From UHGV virus genome UHGV-1840938: DNA of 27,462 nucleotides; one strand, given 5' to 3'. Below are positions 17,493 through 26,617 of this stretch, piece by piece (the stretch's first letter is position 1; each line of letters opens with the position of its first letter). Under the pieces are notes generated by a model, which had not been told where the DNA came from, did not search any database, and saw nothing but the letters and a program-made list of their open reading frames with translations. A program made the translations under genes and the position numbers. Origin of the DNA: a virus.

Positions 17493-17696
17493 ATGGCGAT
17501 GAAAAAAGAGACCCTGGCTGATTACGTATACAGGTTCGGTCAGAAGAAAGCCGCTAAGGACTTTGGTGTGGCGCAGAGCGCGATCAGTAAAGCGCTTCTT
17601 GTCGGACGTGAAATTTACGTCAAAACCTTTGATGACGGCAGAGTTGAGGCGGAAGAGGTTCGACCGTTCCCTGCGTTCGTAAGAGGCGATGATTAA
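17493..17696 (+). CDS. cro: Cro-like repressor
   Basis: [55 protein letters not shown] aligns closely with lambda Cro as recalled; start at ATG 17493 with AAGGAG 6 nt upstream. Confidence 0.85.
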   Translation: MAMKKETLADYVYRFGQKKAAKDFGVAQSAISKALLVGREIYVKTFDDGRVEAEEVRPFPAFVRGDD

Positions 17697-17726
17697 TCCT
17701 GGACACACAGCCCATCGGAGGTGTGA

Positions 17727-18008
17727 GTGAACAGGCAAATCAAAACGGTTATGCCCGATCAGTACAGCGATGCTGATCGGGACTGGATACAGGAGCAATT
17801 GTTACAGCTAGACCCGACCACCCGGGTAAAAATTGCAGCAGAGTACGCGAGAGTGTACCAGGAAGAGTGGGACAAGGAGCCTGTATCGTTCAGGAAGGGC
17901 AACAGGGCAAGACGGAGCGCCAACACCCGGTTACGGGTGTATGTCCAGAAGTACGCGAGAGCCAGCCGTGGCTGGATGCTTTCGCCAGTAGCGATACGGA
18001 AGGAATAG
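17727..18008 (+). CDS. Hypothetical early-right protein in the CII position (function unassigned)
   Basis: 93-aa ORF with GGAGG upstream of GTG start; basic C-terminus. Confidence 0.5.
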   Translation: MNRQIKTVMPDQYSDADRDWIQEQLLQLDPTTRVKIAAEYARVYQEEWDKEPVSFRKGNRARRSANTRLRVYVQKYARASRGWMLSPVAIRKE

Positions 18009-18230
18009 ACCTCATCAAGGTGATTATTTTTTTGTGAAATAATTTCATATGAAATTATTTGGCTTGAAATTTTACTAAGAAGGGGGTAAGGGGGCAGATC
18101 TGTAACATCCGTGCCCGTAAGGGCACTACCAGAGGAAGGCAGCTCCATAGGTTAGGTAGATCACTGTATAGGGCGCGATAGTTTCTGGCGAAATTATTAT
18201 TGTGCTAACTATCACAGTGGAAATAGTACC

Positions 18231-18617
18231 ATGTTCATCAAACATGTGGTTATCAGCCTGCTCGGAAACAAATTCTACACCGGAAAAGACAAGGTCACGT
18301 TTGATTATGTGCTGGCTGCCAAATTGCGTGATGCCGGACTGGCGATCGAACGTAATTATCTGGTTGATATGGGCAACGGTAAGCGCGGATTCGTCGATAT
18401 CATGGTCGTTGCCCCATCTGGTGAACGGTGCGCGATCGAGGTGGACAGAGCGTCACCACGGGCACGTTCAATACTGAAACTGCGCAGACTCAAGCTATAC
18501 GGCATTCCTGGTATCGTGCTTCTGCGCTGTTCACGTAATCCGGATCAATACGTTAGCGATGAGATCGACGTGATCCCGGCAACGGGTAAATCACGTAGCA
18601 AGGGGGCGTCATGCTGA
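18231..18617 (+). CDS. Hypothetical protein
   Basis: 128-aa ORF immediately upstream of and overlapping the helicase gene start. Confidence 0.5.
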   Translation: MFIKHVVISLLGNKFYTGKDKVTFDYVLAAKLRDAGLAIERNYLVDMGNGKRGFVDIMVVAPSGERCAIEVDRASPRARSILKLRRLKLYGIPGIVLLRCSRNPDQYVSDEIDVIPATGKSRSKGASC

Positions 18618-20131
18618 AAATAATCCCAAACTTTGCTCAGGAGCGCGGTTTAAACCAGCTGCGGCACCAGTGGAAACAGCATCGCACGTACTTGATGTAC
18701 GCACCCACTGGCTCTGGCAAAACTGGTCTTGCAGCATTCGTCACCGCCGGAATGGTTGAACGTGGTATGCGGGTGATGTTTGTCTGTCCGTACACCATCC
18801 TGCTGAACCAGACAGCGGAACGTTTCACCGAATACGGTTTACCGTGGGAAGAAATCAGTTTTGTATGGCGTGATCACCCTAACTATGACCCGTCACGACT
18901 GATTCAGATTGCCAGTGCCGACACGCTGATCCGTCGTGAGTTTCCTGACAACATCGATCTGCTGATCATCGATGAAGCACACATGAAGCGTCGTGCGTTA
19001 CTTGAGGTTATCCGGGACAGAGACATCAGGGTTCTTGGACTTTCCGGCACCCCATTCGCAGCCTGGATGGGGAAGTACTACGAATGCCTGATCAAGCCTA
19101 CAACGATTCGTGAACTTATTCAGCGTGGTGATCTGAGCGATTACGAGTTTTTTGCCCCCTCAATGCCTGATCTGACTGGCGTAAAAACCAGTAACACCGT
19201 ATTTGGACGGGATTACAACGAGGAACAGCTCGCATCCATCATGGGGAGTTCGGATCTGGTTGGCGATATCGTTAGCAACTGGCTTGAGAATGGCGAGGAT
19301 TTACCGACGATCTGCTTCTGCGTGAACGTGGCTCATGCGAACTTTGTTACCCGTGAGTTTTTACAGTCTGGCATTGGCGCAGAGGTGATGACGGCAGATA
19401 CCCCCCATGATGAACGGCAGGATATCATTCGCCGTTTTGAAGATGGTGCGACCAAAATAATTGTCAACGTCGGCGTACTGGTTGCGGGATTTGACAGCGA
19501 TGTTCGCTGCCTGATCTACGCCCGTCCGACCAAATCAGAAATCCGCTGGTTGCAGTGCATCGGGAGAGCGTTACGTACTGCGTCTGGTAAAAAACGCGCA
19601 TTGATTTTCGACCATTCCGGTACGGTTCATCGGCTGGGCTTCCCCGAGGATATCGAGTATGACGAACTTCCGGGAAAAAATGACGGAATGAAAGCGTCTG
19701 CTGGCGGTGGCGAGGTTAAAGCTGAAAAACTTCCCAGAGAATGCCCCAAATGCCACTTCATGAAGCCTGCTGGTGTACACATGTGTCCCAAATGTGGATT
19801 TCGCCCACTTGGTGGTGATGACGTGGCGACAGATCGCGATCGTAAGCTTTCACGCGTCAACAAAGGGAAACGCGAATACACCCGTGAGGAAAAACAGCGT
19901 TGGTGGAGTGAGATCAAGGGTTATCAGAATTACCGCAACGCGACGGGTAAACCCCTGAGTGACGGATGGTGCGCTCATACCTACAAGGAGAAGTTCGGTG
20001 TGTGGCCTAAAGGCTTCAGTAATGCGCCGCTGCAAACCTCAGTTGAAGTGTACAACTTCATCAAGTCAAAGACCATTGCCTATGCCAAAGGGCGCAAGAA
20101 AGCCATGACAGGAGGCCAGCATGCAGACTAA
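18611..20131 (+). CDS. SF2 DEAD/DEAH-box-type helicase (phage replication helicase)
   Basis: Walker A YAPTGSGKT, DEAH-like IIDEAHM, later helicase motifs, C-terminal zinc-ribbon CPKCHF...CPKCG. Confidence 0.85.
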   Translation: MLKIIPNFAQERGLNQLRHQWKQHRTYLMYAPTGSGKTGLAAFVTAGMVERGMRVMFVCPYTILLNQTAERFTEYGLPWEEISFVWRDHPNYDPSRLIQIASADTLIRREFPDNIDLLIIDEAHMKRRALLEVIRDRDIRVLGLSGTPFAAWMGKYYECLIKPTTIRELIQRGDLSDYEFFAPSMPDLTGVKTSNTVFGRDYNEEQLASIMGSSDLVGDIVSNWLENGEDLPTICFCVNVAHANFVTREFLQSGIGAEVMTADTPHDERQDIIRRFEDGATKIIVNVGVLVAGFDSDVRCLIYARPTKSEIRWLQCIGRALRTASGKKRALIFDHSGTVHRLGFPEDIEYDELPGKNDGMKASAGGGEVKAEKLPRECPKCHFMKPAGVHMCPKCGFRPLGGDDVATDRDRKLSRVNKGKREYTREEKQRWWSEIKGYQNYRNATGKPLSDGWCAHTYKEKFGVWPKGFSNAPLQTSVEVYNFIKSKTIAYAKGRKKAMTGGQHAD

Positions 20132-21092
20132 GAAGGCAGCGGCCGGGCATTGGGGGCGAATTTTTGAATATTACGGCATGCCTCCTGTTACTGGCTTGAA
20201 ACATTATAGCGGCCCCTGCCCGATATGTGGTGCCAGAGGTAAATTTCGCTGTGATGATAAGGATGGTTCCGGTTCATGGATTTGTGTCTGTGGTCACGGG
20301 GACGGGATGAAGTTGTTGCAACTTGCCACGGGTAAGCCCTGGGTTGATCTGTGCGATGAAGTCGATCGACTGGTTGGTAATACCTGGAAGAGAGGGCATG
20401 CCAGACGCACTGTAACGGATATTGCCAGAGAACGGGAGCGGGTCATGGATAAGTTTGCCGGACTCCCGTGTCTGCGGGGCACAACAGGTGAGGCGTACCT
20501 GCAGGGGAGGGGAATACTCCAGTTACCGACCGAATCCGTGCGTTTCTGTGACCGTCAGATCGCCAGCGGGCGCGAATATCAGGCAATTTACGCCATTGCA
20601 ACAGATGACAAAGGTTCTCTTTGCTATCTGCATCGTACGTTGCTGGATGGTGATCGCAAGGCGAATGTAGAGGCGGCTAAAAAAATGACTGCGCTACAGG
20701 AGTTGCCTGGTTTGCAGCATGCCAAATCGGTGGCAATACGCCTGTATCCGGTGTCGTCCACTCTGGGGATAGCCGAGGGTATCGAAACTGCGCTTTCATG
20801 CCGTCAAATCTTCCGCTGCAATGTGTGGTCAACAATGAACTCCGGTTTTATGGAGAAGTTTATTGCGCCACCAGGCGTTAATCACCTGATTATCTTTGCA
20901 GACAATGATGAGCACGGCGCAGGTCTGGCGGCTGCCTTTAAATGTGGGCATAAGAATCTCATGAGTCGTAATGACGTTGAGAAGGTCAGCATTCGCTGGC
21001 CTGACTTGCCGGATTTTAACGACATGCTCATTCAGGGGTGTGAAGCCCGTGAACATGTGTTGACGCGCAAATTCAAAGCGGAGGCTGCCTGA
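20121..21092 (+). CDS. Zinc-ribbon/Toprim-domain DNA primase-like protein
   Basis: N-terminal CPICGARGKFRCDD...CVCGHG zinc-binding motif and Toprim-like FADNDEHG; overlaps helicase stop. Confidence 0.8.
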   Translation: MQTKKAAAGHWGRIFEYYGMPPVTGLKHYSGPCPICGARGKFRCDDKDGSGSWICVCGHGDGMKLLQLATGKPWVDLCDEVDRLVGNTWKRGHARRTVTDIARERERVMDKFAGLPCLRGTTGEAYLQGRGILQLPTESVRFCDRQIASGREYQAIYAIATDDKGSLCYLHRTLLDGDRKANVEAAKKMTALQELPGLQHAKSVAIRLYPVSSTLGIAEGIETALSCRQIFRCNVWSTMNSGFMEKFIAPPGVNHLIIFADNDEHGAGLAAAFKCGHKNLMSRNDVEKVSIRWPDLPDFNDMLIQGCEAREHVLTRKFKAEAA

Positions 21093-21541
21093 TGGAAATA
21101 GAGATGATCAAGGCGGCTAATGGCGTATTTGTACCGGCGTATGAGCGCGATTTACCCCGACTGGCAAAATTTAAAAACGGTGAGCTGTATACACTGGAAG
21201 CAAAACTTACCCGTAACCCATCTTTTCACCGGAAGATGTTCGCTTTTCTTAATTTCTGCTTTCAGTACTGGTGCGCTGAACATGCTGGATACGAATTCTC
21301 TGATGAAGCGACGCAGTTTGATGAGTTTCGTAAAAATCTGACAATTCTTGCCGGGTTCTATGATGTGGTCACAACCATAAGAGGCGAGGTGAGATATCGG
21401 GCAAAAAGCCTGAGTTACGCGAATATGGATCAGGATGAGTTTGAACGTTGCTACAACGCAATGATTAATGCCGCGTTAAAGCATGTGTTTGGGCGCTCAA
21501 ACAGCCCTGAACTGAATAACCGCCTGCTGTCGTTTTTCTGA
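21092..21541 (+). CDS. Conserved phage protein (possibly DUF1367 family)
   Basis: 149-aa ORF translationally coupled to the primase stop. Confidence 0.55.
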   Translation: MEIEMIKAANGVFVPAYERDLPRLAKFKNGELYTLEAKLTRNPSFHRKMFAFLNFCFQYWCAEHAGYEFSDEATQFDEFRKNLTILAGFYDVVTTIRGEVRYRAKSLSYANMDQDEFERCYNAMINAALKHVFGRSNSPELNNRLLSFF

Positions 21542-21542
21542 G

Positions 21543-22112
21543 GTGATGATGAAGCAACGTAAACCCAAAAAATGCAAAGTGTGCGGCTCCTCGTTTGTGC
21601 CGTTCCGCTCATATCAGAAAGTTTGCTGTGGTCAGTGCGCACTGGAACTGGTCAGAAAAGAAAAGGCGATAACTTCAGCAAAAGAGCAGGCAGACAAGCT
21701 GAAAGCGCGCAGGAGGGACTTACAGCCCCGCAGTTACTGGATTAAGCAGGCACAACAGGCTGTGAATGCTTATATCAGGGAGCGGGACCGTCATTTGCCG
21801 TGTGTTTCATGCGGGACGTTAGATTCAGCCCAGTGGGATGCTGGCCATTACCGTACAACAGCTGCGGCACCTCAGCTCAGATTTGATGAACGCAATATCC
21901 ATAAGCAATGCGTGGTGTGTAACCAATACAAAAGCGGAAATCTCGTTCCGTATCGCGTCGAACTGATTAACCGCATCGGGCAGGAAGCAGTAGACGAAAT
22001 CGAATCAAACCATAGTCGCCACCGCTGGACTGTCGAAGAGTGCAAGGCGATCAAGGCAGAGTATCAACAGAAATTTAAAGGCCTGCGAAACAGCAGAAGT
22101 GAGGCCGCATGA
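21543..22112 (+). CDS. ninG: NinG/Rap-family recombination protein
   Basis: Cysteine-rich N-terminus CKVCGSSF...CCGQC and C-terminal pattern typical of NinG. Confidence 0.85.
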   Translation: MMMKQRKPKKCKVCGSSFVPFRSYQKVCCGQCALELVRKEKAITSAKEQADKLKARRRDLQPRSYWIKQAQQAVNAYIRERDRHLPCVSCGTLDSAQWDAGHYRTTAAAPQLRFDERNIHKQCVVCNQYKSGNLVPYRVELINRIGQEAVDEIESNHSRHRWTVEECKAIKAEYQQKFKGLRNSRSEAA

Positions 22113-22309
22113 CGTTCACCGTAAAAATCATTCCTGACATGCTTGTTGAGGCATATGGAAATCAGACCGAGGTGGCCCGAATACTGAACTGTAATCGTGC
22201 CACGGTCAGAAAATATATTGGCGATAAAGAAGGCAAACGGCACGCCGTCGTCAACGGTGTCCTTATGGTCCATCGTGGATGGGATAAGGGTAAAGACTCT
22301 GATGCGTGA
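22109..22309 (+). CDS. ninH: NinH-like protein
   Basis: [26 protein letters not shown]...VLMVHRGW closely resembles lambda NinH as recalled. Confidence 0.8.
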   Translation: MTFTVKIIPDMLVEAYGNQTEVARILNCNRATVRKYIGDKEGKRHAVVNGVLMVHRGWDKGKDSDA

Positions 22310-22727
22310 TATTCAGCAGGTGCTTGAACGCTGGGGCGCATGGGTGGCCAATAATCATGAGGATGTGAGCTGGTCGCCCATTGCCGCCGGATTTAAGGGG
22401 CTGATCCCGTCAAAGGTTAAATCACGGCCTCAGTGTACCGATGACGATGCGCTGATTATCAGCAATTGCATGGCGCAACTGAACGTCAACAACAGCGATT
22501 TGCATGATTTTCTGTATGATTATTATGTGTTCGGGATGACGCTTATGTCACTGGGCCGTAAGCATGGGCGCTCTGATTGCTGGGCCGGGCGGGTACTGCA
22601 AAAAGCAGAAGGTGTTATTGAGGGGATGTTGATCATGCAGGGAGTAAAGCTGGAAATGGACAGGTACGTTGAGCGTGAACCATCAGGATCACAGGCCAGT
22701 CAGTTTGCCGGACGTGCGGGAAATTGA
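22302..22727 (+). CDS. Q-family late antiterminator (QuuD-like); start at ATG 22302
   Basis: [45 protein letters not shown] closely resembles DLP12 QuuD-type Q proteins as recalled; overlaps ninH stop. Confidence 0.85.
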   Translation: MRDIQQVLERWGAWVANNHEDVSWSPIAAGFKGLIPSKVKSRPQCTDDDALIISNCMAQLNVNNSDLHDFLYDYYVFGMTLMSLGRKHGRSDCWAGRVLQKAEGVIEGMLIMQGVKLEMDRYVEREPSGSQASQFAGRAGN

Positions 22728-22751
22728 AAGCGCGAGTTTTTACTGTAGAAT
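22724..22751 (+). promoter_or_regulatory. Candidate late promoter (PR'-like) overlapping the Q stop
   Basis: TTGAAA at 22724..22729, 16-bp spacer, TAGAAT at 22746..22751. Confidence 0.4.
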
Positions 22752-22926
22752 AGCTGCGGGTGCTTGAGGCTGTCTGCCTCGGGCATGCAGCCGTAAGGCA
22801 GACAGAGAAAAGCCCCAGTTAACATTACGCGTCTTGCAGGACGCTTAACGTTAATCTGAGGCCAAATCTATGACTTACAAACTTAGGTTAGCCTCTTACG
22901 TGCCGAAAGGCAAGGAGAAGTAGGCT

Positions 22927-23082
22927 ATGAAGCAGCAAAAGGCGATGTTAATCGCCCTGATCGTCATCTGTATTACCGTCGTAGTGATAGCACTGGTAAC
23001 GAGGAAAGACTTCTGCGAGGTACGAATCCGAACCGGCCAGACGGAGGTCGCTGTCTTCGTAGACTACGAATCTGAGAAGTAA
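22927..23082 (+). CDS. Hok/Gef-family type I toxin (51 aa; absent from the ORF track)
   Basis: Translation MKQQKAMLIALIVICITVVVIALVTRKDFCEVRIRTGQTEVAVFVDYESEK has the transmembrane helix and the LTRK..CE.R...G..EVA.F..YES motif of Hok family; preceded by a 17-codon upstream ORF ending just before the ATG. Confidence 0.7.
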   Translation: MKQQKAMLIALIVICITVVVIALVTRKDFCEVRIRTGQTEVAVFVDYESEK

Positions 23083-23268
23083 GAGACCAGGCAGGGGAGT
23101 AATCTCCCGCCACCTCTGATGTGTCTGGCATCCTCAACGCACCCGTACTTTATTTGTCATATGCTCCGCAAAATGCAGGTTGTCGTTGCAACCAATGCGG
23201 TAATTTTTTGTGTGCGAGTGCTCAAAAAACGTTGATTTTCATAAAAGGATGATTTTATGCTGCCAGAC

Positions 23269-23317
23269 CAGCGACCAGCGACCAGCGACCAGCGACCAGC
23301 GACCAGCGACCAGCGAC
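23269..23317. repeat. Heptanucleotide tandem repeat (CAGCGAC)x7 between an ATG at 23257 and the large restriction-modification ORF
   Basis: Seven perfect copies counted directly; unit length 7 is not a multiple of 3. Confidence 0.95.
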
Positions 23318-23411
23318 CAGCAGTAAATCAAGAAAGTCTGTAAAATCTGTTGAGCCGGAAATTACCGAACTGGCGAACTCATGGCTTAAATCTTACAGGC
23401 TTGATTACAAG

Positions 23412-25373
23412 TTGCAGAATGCATCACTTAACGGAGAGATCGATAACGCACTGGACGCTTATTTTTCGAAAAATGGCGGCGCAGGCGGTAATCGTCCCGA
23501 CGTAAAACTCCTTGTTAAGGACAAATACGGCAAGCAGTATCCCGTTCTCATCGAGTATAAAGGCTACAAGGACAGGCTTATCAGACTTGGCAGCAACGGT
23601 ATTATTGAGAACAAAGATGCCAGAAAAGAATGGAATTTTAAAAATATTAATGGATACGCGGTGAATGGCGCAGTCCATTATGCCAACGCACTTCTTCAGT
23701 TCACCAATTACCCTGATATTATTGCTATTGGTATGACCGGCTGGCGCGATGATGGTACAGGCGAACTGCATCATGAAATCGGCGTGTGGTACGTATCAAA
23801 GAATAATTTAGGAGCCGGACAGAAGGTTGGTGAATTCACCGACTTATCGTTCCTTGCTGACAAAAATGTTGATGGATTTCTCAACAAGATAAAGCTGCTT
23901 AATCTTCCTCCCGAAGAACTGGAAAAAATCAAGGCCAGCAAAGAGGAAGAGATAGACACGCGACTTTCCCGTCTGAATAACGATATTTACCAGAATGAAA
24001 AGGGGCTTGGTGAAAGCGATCGTGTTTACCTTGTTGTGGCTACCGTTATTGCAACGTTGGGGATTCCGGGAAAGTTAGCACCGCTGGATAAAAAAGAACT
24101 GACCTCTTCAACGGAGGAGGACTTGCGTGATGGTGATATTATTTTCAGGAAAATAAGGAATTTTTTAAGGCTGAAAGCTGTTCCTGAAACAAAAAGAGAA
24201 ATGATTTTGCGCTCGTTGCAAAATACGCTGTGGACTGAAAACATTAACAAACCAGTCAACGGTGAAAGCCAGTTAAAGCGCGTGTTTGTTAAAGTTGTTG
24301 ATGATCTTGGGGAGTATTACAAAATTGGACTGACCACCGATTTTACGGGCAAACTGTTTAATGAGATGTATCGCTGGCTTGGATTTACGCAGGACAAGCT
24401 CAATGACGTCGTTCTGACACCACCTTATGTTGCCACATTGCTGGCACGACTCGCCAGAGTAAACAAAGATTCCTATGTGTGGGATTTTGCTACAGGTTCT
24501 GCGGGATTGCTTGTGGCTGCAATGAATGAAATGCTCATTGACGCCAGAGAAAATATTCACTCACCGAACGAACTACAACTTAAGGAAGCGCAAATCAAGG
24601 CTGAACAGCTTCTTGGCCTTGAGGTGTTATCCAGTATTTATATGCTGGCCATCCTGAATATGATTTTGATGGGGGATGGTAGCTCGAATATCCTCAATAA
24701 AGACTCGCTGGCCGATTTTGACGGCAAGTATGGATTTGGGAAAACAGGAGAAAAATTCCCTGCGGACGCATTTATTCTCAATCCTCCGTATTCAGCTAAA
24801 GGTAACGGCATGATTTTCGTGCAGAAGGCGCTGTCGATGATGGATAAAGGCTATGCTGCAGTGATTATCCAGAGTTCAGCTGGCACAGGAAAGGCTACGG
24901 AGTACAACAAAAAAATACTCAAGGAAAATACCTTGCTGGCAAGCATCAAAATGCCTGCGGATCTGTTTATTGGTAAATCAAGCGTTCAGACGTACATTTA
25001 CGTTTTTCAGGTAAAAATTCCGCATAACGCGAAACAGGCTGTTAAGTTTATCGACTTTTCCAATGACGGCTACGCTCGCTCTAATCGCAAAAAGGCAAGA
25101 AACAATCTTGTTGATGCCGATCGTGCAAAAGAGCGTTATCAGGAGGTTGTGGATCTGGTTCACTTCGGGAAAGGTTGCCTTAATATCTTTACGGAGGATG
25201 AATATTTTGAGGGAACAATCGATCCTGATAGTGGTGAGGACTGGAATCAGACCAGGCCAGTAGATGCTAGGCCAACGCTGGAGGATTTCAAAAAGACGGT
25301 AGGTGATTACCTTGCATGGGAGGTCTCGCAATTACTGAAAAAACAAGGTGAAAACAATTTTGCGGGAAAGTAA
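23412..25373 (+). CDS. Restriction-modification subunit: N-terminal PD-ExK-like region plus gamma-class N6-adenine methyltransferase (BcgI-A-like Type IIB/IIG candidate). The open frame extends upstream to 23253 through the repeat tract.
   Basis: Methyltransferase motif I VLTPPYVATLL...VWDFATGSAGLL and motif IV FILNPPYSAKG; N-terminal RPDVKLLVKDKYGKQYPVLIEYK fits a PD...ExK nuclease motif; the only start at the head of the ORF is a TTG with weak RBS, and the first in-frame ATG is far downstream. Confidence 0.85.
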   Translation: MQNASLNGEIDNALDAYFSKNGGAGGNRPDVKLLVKDKYGKQYPVLIEYKGYKDRLIRLGSNGIIENKDARKEWNFKNINGYAVNGAVHYANALLQFTNYPDIIAIGMTGWRDDGTGELHHEIGVWYVSKNNLGAGQKVGEFTDLSFLADKNVDGFLNKIKLLNLPPEELEKIKASKEEEIDTRLSRLNNDIYQNEKGLGESDRVYLVVATVIATLGIPGKLAPLDKKELTSSTEEDLRDGDIIFRKIRNFLRLKAVPETKREMILRSLQNTLWTENINKPVNGESQLKRVFVKVVDDLGEYYKIGLTTDFTGKLFNEMYRWLGFTQDKLNDVVLTPPYVATLLARLARVNKDSYVWDFATGSAGLLVAAMNEMLIDARENIHSPNELQLKEAQIKAEQLLGLEVLSSIYMLAILNMILMGDGSSNILNKDSLADFDGKYGFGKTGEKFPADAFILNPPYSAKGNGMIFVQKALSMMDKGYAAVIIQSSAGTGKATEYNKKILKENTLLASIKMPADLFIGKSSVQTYIYVFQVKIPHNAKQAVKFIDFSNDGYARSNRKKARNNLVDADRAKERYQEVVDLVHFGKGCLNIFTEDEYFEGTIDPDSGEDWNQTRPVDARPTLEDFKKTVGDYLAWEVSQLLKKQGENNFAGK

Positions 25374-25432
25374 ATTCCCCGCTCAGCGATAAATTAAGAA
25401 GCGTTGAGTGGGGAGAGTTCAGGATTGGCGAT

Positions 25433-26527
25433 TTGTTCTATGTGAGCACAGGCTCGCTTATCTCCTCAGGAAGATTAAAACCAGGCAAAATCAAACGTGT
25501 TTCAGCAAAGAGCGATCAAAACGGTATCATCGGAGAGTTTGATACCGAGTTTATGGATGATGCAAGACATTATGAAAATTTTATAAGCGTTAATTTTTTT
25601 GGAGATGCTTTTTATCATCCTTATTGTGCCAGCGTAGAAATGAAGGTGCATGTTCTTACATTAAAATCAAGTAAGTCCGACTTTAATGCAAAGCGCGGAC
25701 TGTATGTTGCCAGTATGATTAATAAAGCTTTAAAGGGGCGTTTTAATTATGGTCAACAGTTATCGAGTTCCAAACTCAGAGATGGAGAATATTTCATCTC
25801 ATTACCAGTGAAAAATAATGAAATTGACTGGTTTTTTATGGATAATTATATAGAAGAGCTGGAAGCGGCCCATATAGAAGAGCTGGAAGCATACCTGATA
25901 GCTGCTGGGCTGAGTGATTACCAACTAACGGAAAAAGATTATCTTATCCTGGAACATTTTAAAAATATTGAATTTTCAGGCTTTCCTGTTACTGAGTTAT
26001 TCTCAGTGTGCAATACAGGAAACATATTGTCTAGAGACATCATAGAAAATAGTGGGGATGTTCCTTATCTTTGTGCTAGCCGTGATAATAACTCTGTTAG
26101 TTCTTATATCGCCTATGATGACTCACTCTTGGAAAAAGGGAACTGTATTTTTATTGGTGGTAAGACATTCGTTGTAACTTATCAGGAGCGAGACTTTTTT
26201 TCAAACGACAGTCATAATTTGCGACTCTATGTTAACAATGAGGATGGAAGGACAAAGTTTGCTTATTTGGGCATTATTTCATGTATTTATAGGTCTATTT
26301 CACATAAATATTCATGGGGGGATAGTGTTAGTAATAGAAAAATTAAGAACGATGTTATTTGGTTGCCAGTGAAAAATAAGTCACCTGACTTTTGTTATAT
26401 AAATGACCTTATTTCAGTTGTTCATAAGCTTGTCATTAAAGATGTTGTCCAGTACGCAGAACGCAAAATGAACGCATACAGGCAAGCTATAACAAGTCGC
26501 GGTTATGATGATTCTGGTGTCAGTTAA
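25433..26527 (+). CDS. Specificity (S) subunit with two target-recognition domains (HsdS/BcgI-B-like)
   Basis: Two repeated TRD-leading motifs (RIGDLFYVSTGSLISSG... and PVTELFSVCNTGNILSR...), central IEELEA repeats; TTG start with AGGA RBS; very AT-rich. Confidence 0.8.
   Translation: MFYVSTGSLISSGRLKPGKIKRVSAKSDQNGIIGEFDTEFMDDARHYENFISVNFFGDAFYHPYCASVEMKVHVLTLKSSKSDFNAKRGLYVASMINKALKGRFNYGQQLSSSKLRDGEYFISLPVKNNEIDWFFMDNYIEELEAAHIEELEAYLIAAGLSDYQLTEKDYLILEHFKNIEFSGFPVTELFSVCNTGNILSRDIIENSGDVPYLCASRDNNSVSSYIAYDDSLLEKGNCIFIGGKTFVVTYQERDFFSNDSHNLRLYVNNEDGRTKFAYLGIISCIYRSISHKYSWGDSVSNRKIKNDVIWLPVKNKSPDFCYINDLISVVHKLVIKDVVQYAERKMNAYRQAITSRGYDDSGVS
25850..25897. repeat. 24-bp tandem duplication in the central spacer region of the S subunit (encodes IEELEAAH / IEELEAYL)
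   Basis: ATAGAAGAGCTGGAAGC appears twice at a 24-bp period (25850 and 25874). Confidence 0.9.
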
Positions 26528-26595
26528 AAAACATTTTACAATCGTAAAAATCCTCATATCATGATAAGAATGGTTACATTGCCACGCAGCCGAAT

Positions 26596-26617
26596 CCGCC
26601 GATGAGCGGGCTTTTTT
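26596..26617 (+). terminator. Candidate intrinsic terminator downstream of the S gene
   Basis: Stem CCGC/GCGG (loop CGATGA) followed by CTTTTTTG. Confidence 0.45.

Noticed and set aside
19571-20035. Minus-strand ORFs of 61-96 aa inside the helicase gene
   Set aside because: Antisense to a helicase with clear Walker A and DEAH motifs; compositionally biased shadow ORFs.
22760-22870. Possible phage tRNA gene downstream of Q, as in some Stx phages
   Set aside because: There is a 10-bp-stem inverted repeat but no cloverleaf, no GTTCRA T-loop and no acceptor-stem pairing.
23269-23317. Tandem short repeats considered as a possible CRISPR array
   Set aside because: Units are 7 bp and contiguous with no spacers; this is a simple-sequence repeat, not a CRISPR array.
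25352-25432. Possible N-terminal extension of the S subunit (frame open from 25352, encoding ...SVEWGEFRIGDL)
   Set aside because: No canonical start codon in this stretch, whereas TTG 25433 has an AGGA RBS at proper spacing; extension left unannotated, though an indel or non-canonical start cannot be excluded.
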